Shown here: positions 39,891 through 50,412 of the stretch, piece after piece
How the letters are laid out: every line of letters starts with the position of its first letter
How positions within the stretch are numbered: the stretch's first letter is position 1
Origin: an uncultured cyanobacterium
Lineage (GTDB): Bacteria > Cyanobacteriota > Cyanobacteriia > PCC-6307 > Cyanobiaceae
Assembly (NCBI GenBank): GCA_963765575.1
Contig: CAVXWZ010000008.1
Span: 224,001-288,000 of the forward strand
Reading direction: 5' to 3'
Length of the DNA stretch: 64,000 nt
The notes under the pieces: generated by a model
Database searches by the model: none
Told to the model about the DNA's origin: nothing
The model's input: only the letters and a program-made list of their open reading frames with translations
Position numbers and translations under genes: made by a program

Positions 39891-40421
39891 ATGCGGGATG
39901 CCATCACCGGCCTGATCGGGCGCTACGACCAGCTGGGGCGCTACCTCGACCGCGAGGCCGTCGACCGCATCAACACCTACCTCTCCCAGTCGTCCCTGCG
40001 CCTGGCGGCGGTGGAGCTGATCAACCGGGAGGCGGCCACGATCGTGCGCGAGGCCGCCCAGCGGCTGTGGCTGGAGGATCCGGAGCTGATCCTGCCGGGC
40101 GGCAATGCCTACACCACCCGCCGGCTGTCGGCCTGCCTGCGGGACATGGACTATTTCCTGCGCTACGCCAGCTACGCCCTGATCGCCGCCGACCCCACCA
40201 TCCTCAATGAGCGGGTGCTGAACGGTCTCGACGACACCTACAAGAGTCTCGGTGTTCCCACCGGCCCCACCGTGCGCAGCATCGCCCTGATGGCCGATGT
40301 GCTCTGCGAGCTGCTTGCCGAGGGCGGCCTCGGCGCCGAGGCCGATCTGGCCGCAGTCGTGCGCATGCCGTTCGATCACCTCTGCCGGGGTCTGGCCTCC
40401 TCCAACGTGCGCGCCCGCTGA
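39891..40421 (+). CDS. apcF: allophycocyanin beta-18 subunit
   Basis: MRDAITGLIGRYDQLGRYLD, GGNAYTTRRLSACLRDMDYFLRYA; divergent from glnA. Confidence 0.93.
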   Translation: MRDAITGLIGRYDQLGRYLDREAVDRINTYLSQSSLRLAAVELINREAATIVREAAQRLWLEDPELILPGGNAYTTRRLSACLRDMDYFLRYASYALIAADPTILNERVLNGLDDTYKSLGVPTGPTVRSIALMADVLCELLAEGGLGAEADLAAVVRMPFDHLCRGLASSNVRAR

Positions 40422-40498
40422 TCCCCGGCACCGATCCGCTGCGGCTGGCTGAGATCAGCTGCGTAGGCTCCTTTTATCCGCCCCACCACTCCGGCCCC

Positions 40499-41686
40499 TT
40501 GTCCGCGCTGCCTCCCGTCAACACCGCCCATCGGCTACAGCTCGATCCGATCGCCACCCCGGATCGGCTGCTGCTCGGCCCCGGACCCTCCAACGCCCAC
40601 CCCCTGGTGTTGCAAGCCCTGGCCCGCACGCCAATCGGTCACCTCGATCCGCTCTATGTGGAGTTGATGGGAGAGGTGCAGGAGCTGCTGCGCTACGCCT
40701 GGCAGACCGACAACCGCCTCACCCTGCCGATGAGCGGCACCGGCAGCGCCGCCATGGAGGCCACCCTGGCCAACACCATCGAGCCGGGCGACAAGGTGCT
40801 GGTGGCGGTGAAGGGCTACTTCGGACTGCGGCTGGCCGACATGGCTGGCCGCTACCGGGCCGAGGTGGTCACGATCGAGCGCCCCTGGGGTGAGGCCTTC
40901 GACCTCAAAGAGCTTGAAGCCGCCCTGGAGCTGCACCGGCCCGCGATCCTGGCGATCGTCCACGCCGAGACCTCCACCGGCATCCGCCAGCCCATGGAGG
41001 GGCTGGGCGAACTCTGCCGGCGCCACGACTGTCTGCTGCTGCTCGACACCGTCACGTCCCTGGGGGCCGTGCCCCTCTACCTCGACGACTGGCAGGTGGA
41101 TCTGGCCTACAGCTGCAGCCAGAAGGGCCTCAGCTGCCCCCCCGGCCTGGGTCCCTTCACCATGGGTCCGCGGGCCGAGGCCAAGATGGCCGCCCGCAGC
41201 GGCAAGGTGCCCAACTGGTACCTCGATGTCTCCCTGCTCAACCGCTACTGGGGCAGCGATCGGGTGTATCACCACACCGCCCCGGTGAACATGAACTTCG
41301 GCATGCGTGAGGCCCTGCGCCTGCTCGCCGACGAGGGCCTGGAGCAGGCCTGGGACCGCCATCAGCGCAATGCCGAGAGGCTCTGGGATGGGTTGGAGTC
41401 CCTGGGGATGGAGCTGCACGCCCCGCGGGAGCTGCGCCTGCCGACGCTGACCACCGTGCGCATTCCCGAGGGCGTCGATGGCAAGGCCTTCAGCCTGCAC
41501 CTGCTCAACCGCCACGGCATCGAGATCGGTGGTGGCCTCGGGGCCCTGGCCGGCAAGGTGTGGCGCATCGGCCTGATGGGCTACAACAGCCGCCCCGAGA
41601 ACGTCGACCGGCTGCTCAACCTGTTGGAGAGCGAGCTGCCGGCGTTCCGCTCCGGTGCCTCCCGTTCCGCCGCCGTGGCGGTCTGA
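40499..41686 (+). CDS. alanine-glyoxylate/serine-pyruvate aminotransferase (class V)
   Basis: LLLGPGPSN, VHAETSTG, SCSQKGL, YHHTAP. Confidence 0.94.
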   Translation: MSALPPVNTAHRLQLDPIATPDRLLLGPGPSNAHPLVLQALARTPIGHLDPLYVELMGEVQELLRYAWQTDNRLTLPMSGTGSAAMEATLANTIEPGDKVLVAVKGYFGLRLADMAGRYRAEVVTIERPWGEAFDLKELEAALELHRPAILAIVHAETSTGIRQPMEGLGELCRRHDCLLLLDTVTSLGAVPLYLDDWQVDLAYSCSQKGLSCPPGLGPFTMGPRAEAKMAARSGKVPNWYLDVSLLNRYWGSDRVYHHTAPVNMNFGMREALRLLADEGLEQAWDRHQRNAERLWDGLESLGMELHAPRELRLPTLTTVRIPEGVDGKAFSLHLLNRHGIEIGGGLGALAGKVWRIGLMGYNSRPENVDRLLNLLESELPAFRSGASRSAAVAV

Positions 41687-41709
41687 GGCCGCTGCCGCTG
41701 CAGTTCCCT

Positions 41710-42210
41710 TCAGCCGCGCCGGCGGCTTCGGAACCAGCTCTCCAGCAGCCGGCTCGCCGCGGCCGCCCCCACCCCGCCGATCACCCGCATGTGGTGATGG
41801 GCACTGGGGTCGCTGGCCAGGTTGAGGCAGCCGCCCAGGGCGCCCCGCTTGGGGTCGGGTGCCGCGAACACCAGCGTGCCCACCCGCGCCTGCACCGCGG
41901 CGCCGGCACACATCGGGCAGGGCTCCAGCGTCACCAGCAGGGTGCAGGCATTCAGGCGCCAGTCGCCCAGGGCCCGGGCCGCTTGGCTCAGCGCCTCCAG
42001 TTCCGCGTGGCCGAGGGGATCGGCGTGGCGATGGCGGCGGTTGCTGCCCCAGCCCAGACAGCGGCCCCGGCCATCGAGCACAGCTGCGGCCACGGGGATC
42101 TCACCGCTGGCTCCCACCCGGCCAGCCAGCCGCAGCAGGCGGGCCATCCAGAAGGCATGGCGCTGGGCCTCGTCTTCAAAGCCGGCCGTCGGCAACCCGG
42201 ATCTCACCAT
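41710..42210 (-). CDS. tadA: tRNA adenosine deaminase
   Basis: GEIPV, HAE, VTLEPCPMCAGA. Confidence 0.88.
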   Translation of the reverse strand: MVRSGLPTAGFEDEAQRHAFWMARLLRLAGRVGASGEIPVAAAVLDGRGRCLGWGSNRRHRHADPLGHAELEALSQAARALGDWRLNACTLLVTLEPCPMCAGAAVQARVGTLVFAAPDPKRGALGGCLNLASDPSAHHHMRVIGGVGAAAASRLLESWFRSRRRG

Positions 42211-42230
42211 GGCGGCAGGCACGGGTGACA

Positions 42231-43670
42231 ATGGTTTCGTCTGATCATGCGTCGTTGGCCAGCGCCCCACCTGCCGAGCGGGGGATTCCACCGCTGCCCT
42301 TCGGCTCAGCCGATGGCCAGGACGGCGCCCTGCAGGAGCTGCTCGAGCAGGCCAGTGCCCAGCTCTGCACCTGGCTGGCCACGGCCGCCGATCGCCCGCC
42401 CCTGCCCGGCCTGAGCGTGATGCCGGCGGTGGAGCCGGCGCACCAGCCCCTGGGGGCGGCCCAGCTGTTGAGCGACCTGCAGTTGGTGATGGACGGGGCC
42501 TACAACCCCGGCCACCCCGGCGCCCTGGCCCACCTCGATCCTCCGCCCCTGGCGGCCTCGATCGTGGGTGATCTGATCGCCGCCGGGCTCAACAACAACC
42601 TGCTTGCCGAGGAGCTCTCCCCCAGCCTCACGCGGCTGGAACGCAGCCTGATGGCCTGGCTGGCGGAGCAACTGGGTTTGCCGCCAGGCAGTGGTGGGGT
42701 GCCGGCGAGCGGCGGCAGCCTGTCCAACCTCATGGCCCTGGTCACGGCCCGCCACAGCCGGGCGCTGGGCTGCTGCGGCGAGGCGGTGGTGCTGGCCAGT
42801 GCCGATGCCCACGTCTCCCTGGCCAAATCACTGACAGTGATGGGGCTGCCCTCGGAGGCCCTGCGCCAGCTGCCCGTGGACGCCGAGGGCGCCATGGATC
42901 CCGAGGATCTGGGTCGCCAGTTGCAGGACCTCGAGCGGCGGGGAATCCCCGTGATCGCCGTGGTGGCAACGGCCGGCACCACGGTCCGCGGCGCCGTGGA
43001 CCCGCTGCCGGCGATCGCCGCCCTCTGCCGACGCCACGGGGTGTGGCTGCATGTCGATGGCGCCATCGGCGCCGTGTTTGCCCTCAGCGCGGCCCACCGC
43101 TCGCGGGTGCCGGGCCTGGAGTGGGCCGACTCGATCACGGTGAACCCGCAGAAACTGCTCGGCATCACCAAGACCTCCTCCCTGTTGCTGCTGGCCCGGC
43201 CACGACTGCTGGAGCGGGCTTTCGGCACCGGCCTCCCCTACATGGAGCCGAGCTGGGGTGGCGGCCATGGTGGCGAGAGCGGCATCCAGGGCACCCGTCC
43301 GGCTGAAGTGCTGAAGCTCTGGCTGGGGCTGCGGCAGCTGGGAATGGTGGGGATTGAAGCGCTGCTCGACGGAGCCGTCGGTCGGCGTCGCCAGCTGCAG
43401 AGCCTGCTGGCCGCAAGCCCTGGCCTGCGGCTGGTGACGGGCCCCCTGCATCTGCTGGCCTTCACGCCCCGGCAGGGCGATGCCGCCAGCGCCGAAGCCT
43501 GGAGCCAGCGCACCCGCCAGCAGCTGTTGGCGGCCGATCTGATGCTCTCGCGGCCGCTCTACGGGGAGCGTCACCACCTCAAGGCGGTCCTGGGCAACCC
43601 CCACACCGGCCCTGCCGAGCTGGAGCGCCTTGCCGCGGTGGTGGCCGCCAGCCTGTCGGAGGTGCCATGA
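42231..43670 (+). CDS. group II PLP-dependent decarboxylase
   Basis: ATAGTTVRGAVDP, WLHVDGAIG, DSITVNPQK; start 42231 or 42255. Confidence 0.9.
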   Translation: MVSSDHASLASAPPAERGIPPLPFGSADGQDGALQELLEQASAQLCTWLATAADRPPLPGLSVMPAVEPAHQPLGAAQLLSDLQLVMDGAYNPGHPGALAHLDPPPLAASIVGDLIAAGLNNNLLAEELSPSLTRLERSLMAWLAEQLGLPPGSGGVPASGGSLSNLMALVTARHSRALGCCGEAVVLASADAHVSLAKSLTVMGLPSEALRQLPVDAEGAMDPEDLGRQLQDLERRGIPVIAVVATAGTTVRGAVDPLPAIAALCRRHGVWLHVDGAIGAVFALSAAHRSRVPGLEWADSITVNPQKLLGITKTSSLLLLARPRLLERAFGTGLPYMEPSWGGGHGGESGIQGTRPAEVLKLWLGLRQLGMVGIEALLDGAVGRRRQLQSLLAASPGLRLVTGPLHLLAFTPRQGDAASAEAWSQRTRQQLLAADLMLSRPLYGERHHLKAVLGNPHTGPAELERLAAVVAASLSEVP

Positions 43671-43945
43671 GCGGCCCTCCTCCCCCCACCGACTCCGGGC
43701 GGGGTGCCGGCCGCTGGGTGGCGATCGTCACCGGGGCCATCTCGGTGCTGGTGGGGGTGCTCTACCTGCTGCTGATCGTGGCCCTGGACAGCCGCGGGCC
43801 GTTGCAGCCGCCACCCCCGGAGGCCCTCGGCCTGCCGGGGCCGGCGGCCGCTGGGCCCGCCCTCAGCGCGGCTGCGGCCGCGGTCGATCCGAGCGCGGCG
43901 GCAACTGCGGATCCCGGCGCCGCAGCGGTTCCACCACCCGACTGA
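43667..43945 (+). CDS. small membrane hypothetical protein
   Basis: One TM helix then LDSRGPLQPPPPEA. Confidence 0.7.
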   Translation: MSGPPPPTDSGRGAGRWVAIVTGAISVLVGVLYLLLIVALDSRGPLQPPPPEALGLPGPAAAGPALSAAAAAVDPSAAATADPGAAAVPPPD

Positions 43946-45429
43946 GGGCCTCCTGCAGGAAGCGCTGCAGGGCCCCGTCGCGGCGGTTGAGGTCGTAATG
44001 GCGCTGCACCACCTCCTGAATGCCGCCATCGCCCCAGTCCTGATCCCGCTCGAAGTAGGTGATGAAGCTGGCGCCGGCCACCCGGGTGAGCCAGGCGGCG
44101 CTCACCGCCTGCACCGCCCGGCTCACCAGCAGCGCCGGCAGGTTGAGGCTCAGGGCTGCTGAGAGCAGCCCCACGCCGCCCTTCACCAGCCCCAGTGCCG
44201 CCAGGGTGCGGCCCACCGAGAGGGCGAGATCCTGGGCGGCCTGGCGGCTCAGGCTGACCCCGAAGCTGCGGCCCAGCTCCACCACCATCTGGGCGTTGAC
44301 CGCCGCCGCGCCCAGCAGATCCAGTCCCGGCAGCGGCGTGACCGCCACCACCCCGGCGCCGATCCACATGTACCGATCCACGATCATTTCGGCGTCCCGG
44401 CGACGTTGACCGGCCAGCAGGGCGCGGCTGGCGTCGCTGAGATGGCGGCACTGCAGCAGCAGGTTGTCGGCGATCAGTTCCTCGCCGTCGGCGTGCAGCA
44501 CGGCGGCAAGCCGCCGCAACAACGCCTCGACTTCCGGGGCCGGCTGCAGGGGCCGACCGCCGGGCATCGGCACGCTCTGGGGCGCGGCGCTGGCCGCCAC
44601 CACGTCCTCGCGGGCCACCAGGCCCTCCACCCGGCTGCGCAGCAGCGCCAGCAGCCGCTCCTCCTCCTGCTCGCCGCGCAGGTCGCATTTGTTCAGCACC
44701 AGCAGCAGGCGCTTGCCCATGCCGGCGAGGCTGCGCAACACCTCCGCTTCACTGGCCCGCAGGTCGCCATCCACCACCAGCAGCAGCAGGTCGGCGCGGC
44801 TGGCCTGGCGGCGGGCCAGCTGCTCGCGCTCCTGACCACTGACGCCGGCCTCGAGGATGCCGGGGGTGTCCACCAGCCACACGGCCCGCTGCAGGCCCCG
44901 CAGCCGCAGCCGGTAGCGCTCAGCCTCGGTGGTCGATCCCATCGGCGCCCCCACCTGCCCCACCAGCTCCCGCAGCAGGGCACGAATCAGGGAGGTCTTG
45001 CCGGCCGAGCCGCTGCCGAAGACCACAATCACCAGGTCGCCCCGCTCCAGTTCGCTGGCCATCCGCCGACGCTCCTGGTCGAGGGCCGCGCGGGCAATGC
45101 CCTCCCGCACCCGCTCCAGGGTCTGGTCGATGGCTTCGAGGTTGCGCGCCGCCGCCTCGCGGCGGCTGCTGGGGGCCTGCGCTGGGGCCTGGCCCCCTGC
45201 CCGCCGCCGCCGTTCGCTGCCTGGCAAAAAGGGCTGCAGCCAGGGCCAGGCCAGCTGGCCCAGCAGGGCCGCCACCACCGCCACCAGCAGCAGCGCCACC
45301 GGCCCCACCAGGCCGTAGGGCAGCACGGCAATAGAGCTGCCAGCTCACCTGGTTGAAGGCCGCAATCACCACCAGCAGGGCCAGCAGCAGCACGGCGACG
45401 GCGATCCAGAGGCGGGTGCGTTGCTTCAT
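43863..45429 (-). CDS. YcjF/DUF697 family GTP-binding protein (1-nt frameshift near 45330)
   Basis: GSGSAGKTS, DTPG, NKCD; N-terminal TM from ATG 45429 in another frame. Confidence 0.85.
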
Positions 45430-45445
45430 GCCGCAATCGACCTCC

Positions 45446-47575
45446 CTAGGAGTTCTGGAGCCGGGCGATCTCACCCCATAGTCCCGCGGCCATGGAGCTG
45501 GAGCCATTGGTGGGTTGGTTCTCGTCGTTGCCCAGCCAGATGCCGATCACCCAGTCCCGCCGCGGGTCATAGCCCACGAACAGCAGGTCGCGGTTCTGGT
45601 TGGTGGTGCCGGTTTTGCCACCCTCCTGGCCGCCGAGGGAGGCGGCGGTGCCGGTTCCCGAACGCACCACGGCCCTGAGCAGCTGCTGCATCCTGCGGGC
45701 GGTCTCCTCGGACACCGCCCGCCGTCCCGCTGCCGGCCCTGAGCCAGCACCACGACCGCCCCCCGCCGCCTGTTCGCGGCAGCGGTCCGGCTCTTCACCG
45801 CGACAGGTTTCGCCGTCCACCACCTGGCGGATGGTGGTGGGCGGGCGCCAGGTGCCGCCGTTGGCGATGGCCGCGTAGGCGGCGGTGAGTTCCAGCAGGG
45901 TGATCTCGCTCTGGCCGAGGGCCAGGCCGGGCACGGGGGCGAGGTCACTGGTGATACCCAGATCCCGGGCCGTCTGCACCACCGCCTCCAGGCCCACCCG
46001 CTGGGCGAGGCGCAGGGCTGCGGTGTTGCTGCTGCGGGCGAACGCACTCACCAGGGAGAGGGTGCCCGAGCAGTCACTGGCAAAGGTCTGGCCCCGCCAG
46101 CGCAGGGGCCCGCAGTCGACCGGGTCGCCGGGACTGCTGCCACGCTCGAGGGCGGCCAGAAAGGGGAAGAGCTTGAACGTGCTGCCCGGCTGCCGCAGGG
46201 CCATCGTGGCCCGGTTGAACTGGCTCTGCTGGTAGTCGCGGCCGCCGACCAGGGCCAGGACGCCGCCATTGCCGGCATCCAGCACCACCACCGCCCCCTC
46301 GCTCACCCCCAGGCTGGCACTGCCCTCGAGGCGACGCCGCAACAGCCGCTCCACCTGCTCCTGCAGCCGGGGATCGAGGTGGGTCTCGATGAGGAAATTG
46401 CCCTCGGCCGCCACGTCGGCGCCCACCTGGGCCTCCAGATCGCGGCGCACCTGATCGGTGTAGAACGGCGCCCCACGGCCCAACTCCTGGCTGCGGCAGG
46501 CCTCCGGATGCAGTTGCACCGGACTGCGCCGAGCCCGCCGGCCTTCATCGGCGCTGATGCGGGTGGTGTCGACCATCTTGCCGAGCACCTGATTGCGGGA
46601 GTCCAACGCCGCCTGGGGGTCGAAGCAGGGGTCGTAGCCGTTGGGGGAGGGCAGCAGGCCCACCAGCAGGGCTGCTTCCTCCAGGCTCAGCTCCTGGGCC
46701 GGCTTGGCGAAGAAGTGGTGGCTGGCGTCCTCGAATCCCCAGCCCACCCCCAGGTACACGCGGTTGAGATAGCTCAGCAGCAGGTCGCGTTTGCTGAAGC
46801 GCGCCTCCAGCTGCAGGGACACCAGCAGTTCCCGCCACTTGCGACCCAGCGTCTCCCCCTGACCCACCTGGTCGGGATAGAGGCTGCGGGCCAGCTGCTG
46901 GGTGAGGGTGCTGCCGCCCTGCAGCACCCGCCCCACCAGCAGGTTGGTGAGCAGGGCCCGGGCTGTGCCCACAGGATCCACCCCGGGATGCCACCAGAAG
47001 CGGCTGTCCTCGCTGGCCAAGAGGGCGTCCAGAAGCACGGGTGGGTAGTCGCGCAGATTCTCCAGTTCGCGGTGCTGGCGCCCTTCAGCGCTGGCGATCG
47101 GCTTGCCGGCGCGGTCGTAGAAGCTCAGCGGCCCGCGCACCGGCGCCAGGCTGCCGCGGATCGGCACCTGCACCACCGCCAGTCCCAGGGTGGCGAGGCC
47201 GATCGCTGCCAGGCCGGCGAGGCCGAGGCTGGTGCCGCGCACCAGCTCCGCCAGGCGGGGCCGGGGCCGCTGCTGGAATTCCAGTTCCGGCAGCCCGGCC
47301 TGCTGGCTGGGCCCAAAGCGCACACTGTCGCCATCACTCAGCAACAGCTCGCGCACCCGCCGGCCCCGCCACCAGAGGCCATTGGTGGAGCCGCTGTCGC
47401 GCAGGAGCCAGTGGCCGTCCACCTGCTCGAGCAGGGCGTGCTGGCGGCTCACGGCCGGATGGGCGATCGCCACCTGACAGTCGGCGTCGCGGCCCACCCG
47501 GTAGACCCCGCTGTGCAGCGCCAGCCGGGTGCTGCCCTGACCGGGCAGATGCACCAGCAGCAGCCCCTCGCTCAT
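45446..47575 (-). CDS. FHA-domain class A penicillin-binding protein
   Basis: FHA (VGR, VSRQHA, STNG), EDSRF, GGSTLTQQLAR, RQPGSTFK, GKTGT. Confidence 0.92.
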   Translation of the reverse strand: MSEGLLLVHLPGQGSTRLALHSGVYRVGRDADCQVAIAHPAVSRQHALLEQVDGHWLLRDSGSTNGLWWRGRRVRELLLSDGDSVRFGPSQQAGLPELEFQQRPRPRLAELVRGTSLGLAGLAAIGLATLGLAVVQVPIRGSLAPVRGPLSFYDRAGKPIASAEGRQHRELENLRDYPPVLLDALLASEDSRFWWHPGVDPVGTARALLTNLLVGRVLQGGSTLTQQLARSLYPDQVGQGETLGRKWRELLVSLQLEARFSKRDLLLSYLNRVYLGVGWGFEDASHHFFAKPAQELSLEEAALLVGLLPSPNGYDPCFDPQAALDSRNQVLGKMVDTTRISADEGRRARRSPVQLHPEACRSQELGRGAPFYTDQVRRDLEAQVGADVAAEGNFLIETHLDPRLQEQVERLLRRRLEGSASLGVSEGAVVVLDAGNGGVLALVGGRDYQQSQFNRATMALRQPGSTFKLFPFLAALERGSSPGDPVDCGPLRWRGQTFASDCSGTLSLVSAFARSSNTAALRLAQRVGLEAVVQTARDLGITSDLAPVPGLALGQSEITLLELTAAYAAIANGGTWRPPTTIRQVVDGETCRGEEPDRCREQAAGGGRGAGSGPAAGRRAVSEETARRMQQLLRAVVRSGTGTAASLGGQEGGKTGTTNQNRDLLFVGYDPRRDWVIGIWLGNDENQPTNGSSSMAAGLWGEIARLQNS

Positions 47576-47650
47576 GGCGACAGCCCCACAGTCATGGCGA
47601 GAGCCCGTCGCCACCAACCAGAGCGTCCTGATCGATCACCGTGCTGGCCC

Positions 47651-48145
47651 TCACGGCCGGCGGCCGGGGCCGCCCGGCACCGGCATGACCAGATCAATGA
47701 GAAAGCAGAGCACGGCGAGGTTGATGGCGACATCGGCCAGATTGAACACCGGGAACTGAATCGGCACGAAGGCGAGGAAGTCCACCACCGCCCCCAGGCG
47801 CCAGCGGTCGAGTCCATTGCCGATGGCGCCCCCCAGCAGCAGGGCCAGGGCCAGAGCCCGGGCCACACCCAGGGGACTGCGTCCCTGCCGCCAGATCCAG
47901 ATGGCCACCCCGAGCGCCACCGCCAGGCTCACCACCCCGAGGGCACGGGGGGCGCCGCTGAACAGGCTGAAGGCAGCGCCGCTGTTGGTGGTGTACGTGA
48001 GCTCCAACAGTCCCGGCAGCAGGGGCCGGTCCGGTCCACGCGCCAGATGGGCCGTGGCCCAGGCCTTGGAGAGCTGGTCGGCGGCCACCACCAGGGCCGC
48101 CAGCAGAAAGCACAGCCGCCGGCCCAGCCTGACGGACATGCTCAT
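47651..48145 (-). CDS. lspA: signal peptidase II
   Basis: NSGAAFS, GGAIGNGLDR, VVDF, FNLADVAI. Confidence 0.96.
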   Translation of the reverse strand: MSMSVRLGRRLCFLLAALVVAADQLSKAWATAHLARGPDRPLLPGLLELTYTTNSGAAFSLFSGAPRALGVVSLAVALGVAIWIWRQGRSPLGVARALALALLLGGAIGNGLDRWRLGAVVDFLAFVPIQFPVFNLADVAINLAVLCFLIDLVMPVPGGPGRRP

Positions 48146-48732
48146 GGCTGCACGAGCAGCAGCCGACGCAACACCAGGGCCAGCACGGCGACGGCGGCGC
48201 AGAGCAGCAGCTGGGAGGGCAGCGGCACCAGGGAGTAGGTCACCAGCAGTTGCAGCAGGTCGCCCCGCCAGCGACCCGCCAGGGCCCCCAGCAGCAGGTT
48301 GAGCACCCCGCAGAGCTGGATCACCAGCAGGCCGAAGGCGGCCGTGCCCGTGAGCTTGAGCACGTCGTTCATGCCCGGCTGCCGCGCCAGCTTGCCGGCC
48401 AGCCAGCCGGCGGGCACGAAGCCGGCGAGGTAGCCGAAACCCGGATCCAGCACATAGCTGGCGCCGCCGCCGCCGTGGAACACGGGCAGCTCCAGCAGGC
48501 CCAGGGTGAGATAGGCCACCGCCGCCAGCAGGGCGCTGCGGTGGCCGCAGACCAGGGCCGTGAGCAGCAGGGCCGGCACCTGCAGCGTGATCGGCAGGGG
48601 ACCGATGGCCCAGGCGCCATCACCGCTGGGGAGGGGCGCAGCGGCCTGGATCATGCCGCCGATCAGGATCAGCAGCAGGCCGGCGACGGCACCACTCCAG
48701 TTGGCCAGGGCCCTCAACGGCACAGATGTCAC
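48142..48732 (-). CDS. bioY: biotin transporter BioY
   Basis: PITLQ, YLTLGLLELPVFHGGGG, GFGYLAGF. Confidence 0.9.
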   Translation of the reverse strand: MTSVPLRALANWSGAVAGLLLILIGGMIQAAAPLPSGDGAWAIGPLPITLQVPALLLTALVCGHRSALLAAVAYLTLGLLELPVFHGGGGASYVLDPGFGYLAGFVPAGWLAGKLARQPGMNDVLKLTGTAAFGLLVIQLCGVLNLLLGALAGRWRGDLLQLLVTYSLVPLPSQLLLCAAVAVLALVLRRLLLVQP

Positions 48733-48825
48733 TGGCGTCAGTCTGACCGGTGATCCACCCGGCGCCGCCCGCCGCTGTGCCAGGGTTCGCGGGCAGCCAT
48801 GATGCGGCCCCAGCCCTGGATTTCG

Positions 48826-49086
48826 ATGGCCGAGGCCGACACTCCAGACACCCCAACCCCAGCAGCGGGCCCCGCGCCCGAGCTCTCGATCGGCCAGTCG
48901 GTGAGCCTCAGGGAGCGGCCGGGCTACCTGAAGACCGCCGATCCGATGCCGATGCTGCGCCCCCCCGATCTCATCGGCATGCAGGAGGTGGGGGTGGTGG
49001 TGGAGCTGCGGGCCCTGGGCATGGTGGCCGTGCGCTACCGCCGTGGCACCTTCCTGCTGGCCGCCTCAGCCCTGGATCCGGCCTGA
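48826..49086 (+). CDS. sipA: SipA / DUF3148 (NblS-interacting protein)
   Basis: YLKTADPMPMLRPPDL, VRYRRGTFLL. Confidence 0.85.
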   Translation: MAEADTPDTPTPAAGPAPELSIGQSVSLRERPGYLKTADPMPMLRPPDLIGMQEVGVVVELRALGMVAVRYRRGTFLLAASALDPA

Positions 49087-50412
49087 GCCGCGATCGCCTG
49101 CGGCCGGCTCAGCTGGTTCGGCGCTGCCGGCTACGGCCCAGGCCGCTTCAGCACTCCTGATGGCCTCCGCCGGACCGCAGAGGCTGAGCACCGGCCGGCC
49201 CAGCCAGCGCCGGGCTGCCGTCCGCAGGTCGTCGGCGCTGAGCCGCTCGGCCTGCTCCAGAGATTCCCGCACATGCCCAGGGCCCAGACCGTGGCCCAGC
49301 ACCAGCGCCTGGCGGTCGGCCACCTGGGCGCAGGTCTGGCGGCCCATGGCGTCCTGGCCGCGGAACTTGGCCCGGGCCAGCTCCAGCTCGGATTCGCTCA
49401 GCAGCTCGCTGGCCAGCCGCTGCCATTCCTCCACCAGGCAGCGGCAGGCCTCCCCAGCCCGGGCGGCGGAGGTGGAGAGGTGCAGCACGAAGGGGGTGGC
49501 GGCACAGCGGGCCGGCATGTGCACGCCCACGTCGTAGGCCAGTCCCCGCTGCTCCCGCATCACCTGGAACAGGCGGCTGGACATTCCCAGTCCCAGATGG
49601 GCCTGCAGCAGCAGCAGGGCCAGGGCATCGCCATGGCCCAGGGGCAGCGTCGCGGTGCCAAGCATCAACACCAGTTGTTCGGTGTCCTGCTCCTGAACGG
49701 CCAGGGGATGGCGAGTCGCGGCGGCGGGGCTCCAGGGCCGCTGGCGCGGTGCCTGGGTGGGCCAGGGCCGTTGCTGCAGGACTGCGCTCAAGCGGTCTGC
49801 CAAGCCGTCGTTGACATCGCCGCAGAGCACCAGCAGGGCACCCGGTTCGCCCAGCCCCCCCACCAAGGCCCGCAGATCCGGGGCCTGCAGGGCCGCCAGA
49901 TCGTCCTCCAGTCCAAGCGGATCGTGGCCATAGGGACCGTCGCTGTAAAGCAGACCGCGCAGGCCGTCGTAGGCCAACTGGAATGGATCCTCCCGTTGCC
50001 GCAGCAGCTGCTGCAGGTTGAGCTGGCGCTCCAGATCCACCTGCTCGGGGTCGAGGCTGGGCTCAGCGGCCATCGACAGCAGCAAGGGCAGCAGCTGGGG
50101 CGCATCGCTGCTGGCACATTTCAGACTCAGCACCAGGGCGTCCTCACTGGCCTCGGCCCGCAGGCCCGCCCCGCAGCCCTCCACCAGGTCGGCCAGGGCC
50201 TCGGCGTCCAGGTGGCCCGCACCCCGGGTCATGGTGCCCGCCAGGAGCTGCATCGCCCCGCACTGGCCCCTGGGATCGACGCTGCTGCCGCCGCGGATCC
50301 ACAGCCGGGCCGCCAGCACACCGGCGGCGGGTCGTCGTTGGCTCACCAGTGGCAGGCCACCGGGCAGCACCCGGGTGCTCCAGGTGCTGGGCTGGGCAGC
50401 GATCAGGCTCAT
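49066..50412 (-). CDS. M16 family peptidase, non-catalytic partner
   Basis: Lacks HxxEH; has SSRLFQVMREQRGLAY. Confidence 0.88.
   Translation of the reverse strand: MSLIAAQPSTWSTRVLPGGLPLVSQRRPAAGVLAARLWIRGGSSVDPRGQCGAMQLLAGTMTRGAGHLDAEALADLVEGCGAGLRAEASEDALVLSLKCASSDAPQLLPLLLSMAAEPSLDPEQVDLERQLNLQQLLRQREDPFQLAYDGLRGLLYSDGPYGHDPLGLEDDLAALQAPDLRALVGGLGEPGALLVLCGDVNDGLADRLSAVLQQRPWPTQAPRQRPWSPAAATRHPLAVQEQDTEQLVLMLGTATLPLGHGDALALLLLQAHLGLGMSSRLFQVMREQRGLAYDVGVHMPARCAATPFVLHLSTSAARAGEACRCLVEEWQRLASELLSESELELARAKFRGQDAMGRQTCAQVADRQALVLGHGLGPGHVRESLEQAERLSADDLRTAARRWLGRPVLSLCGPAEAIRSAEAAWAVAGSAEPAEPAAGDRGSGRIQG

Noticed and set aside
45446..47575. FHA-PBP domain fusion as a novelty
   Set aside because: Architecture already familiar in cyanobacteria and located in a core-gene context.
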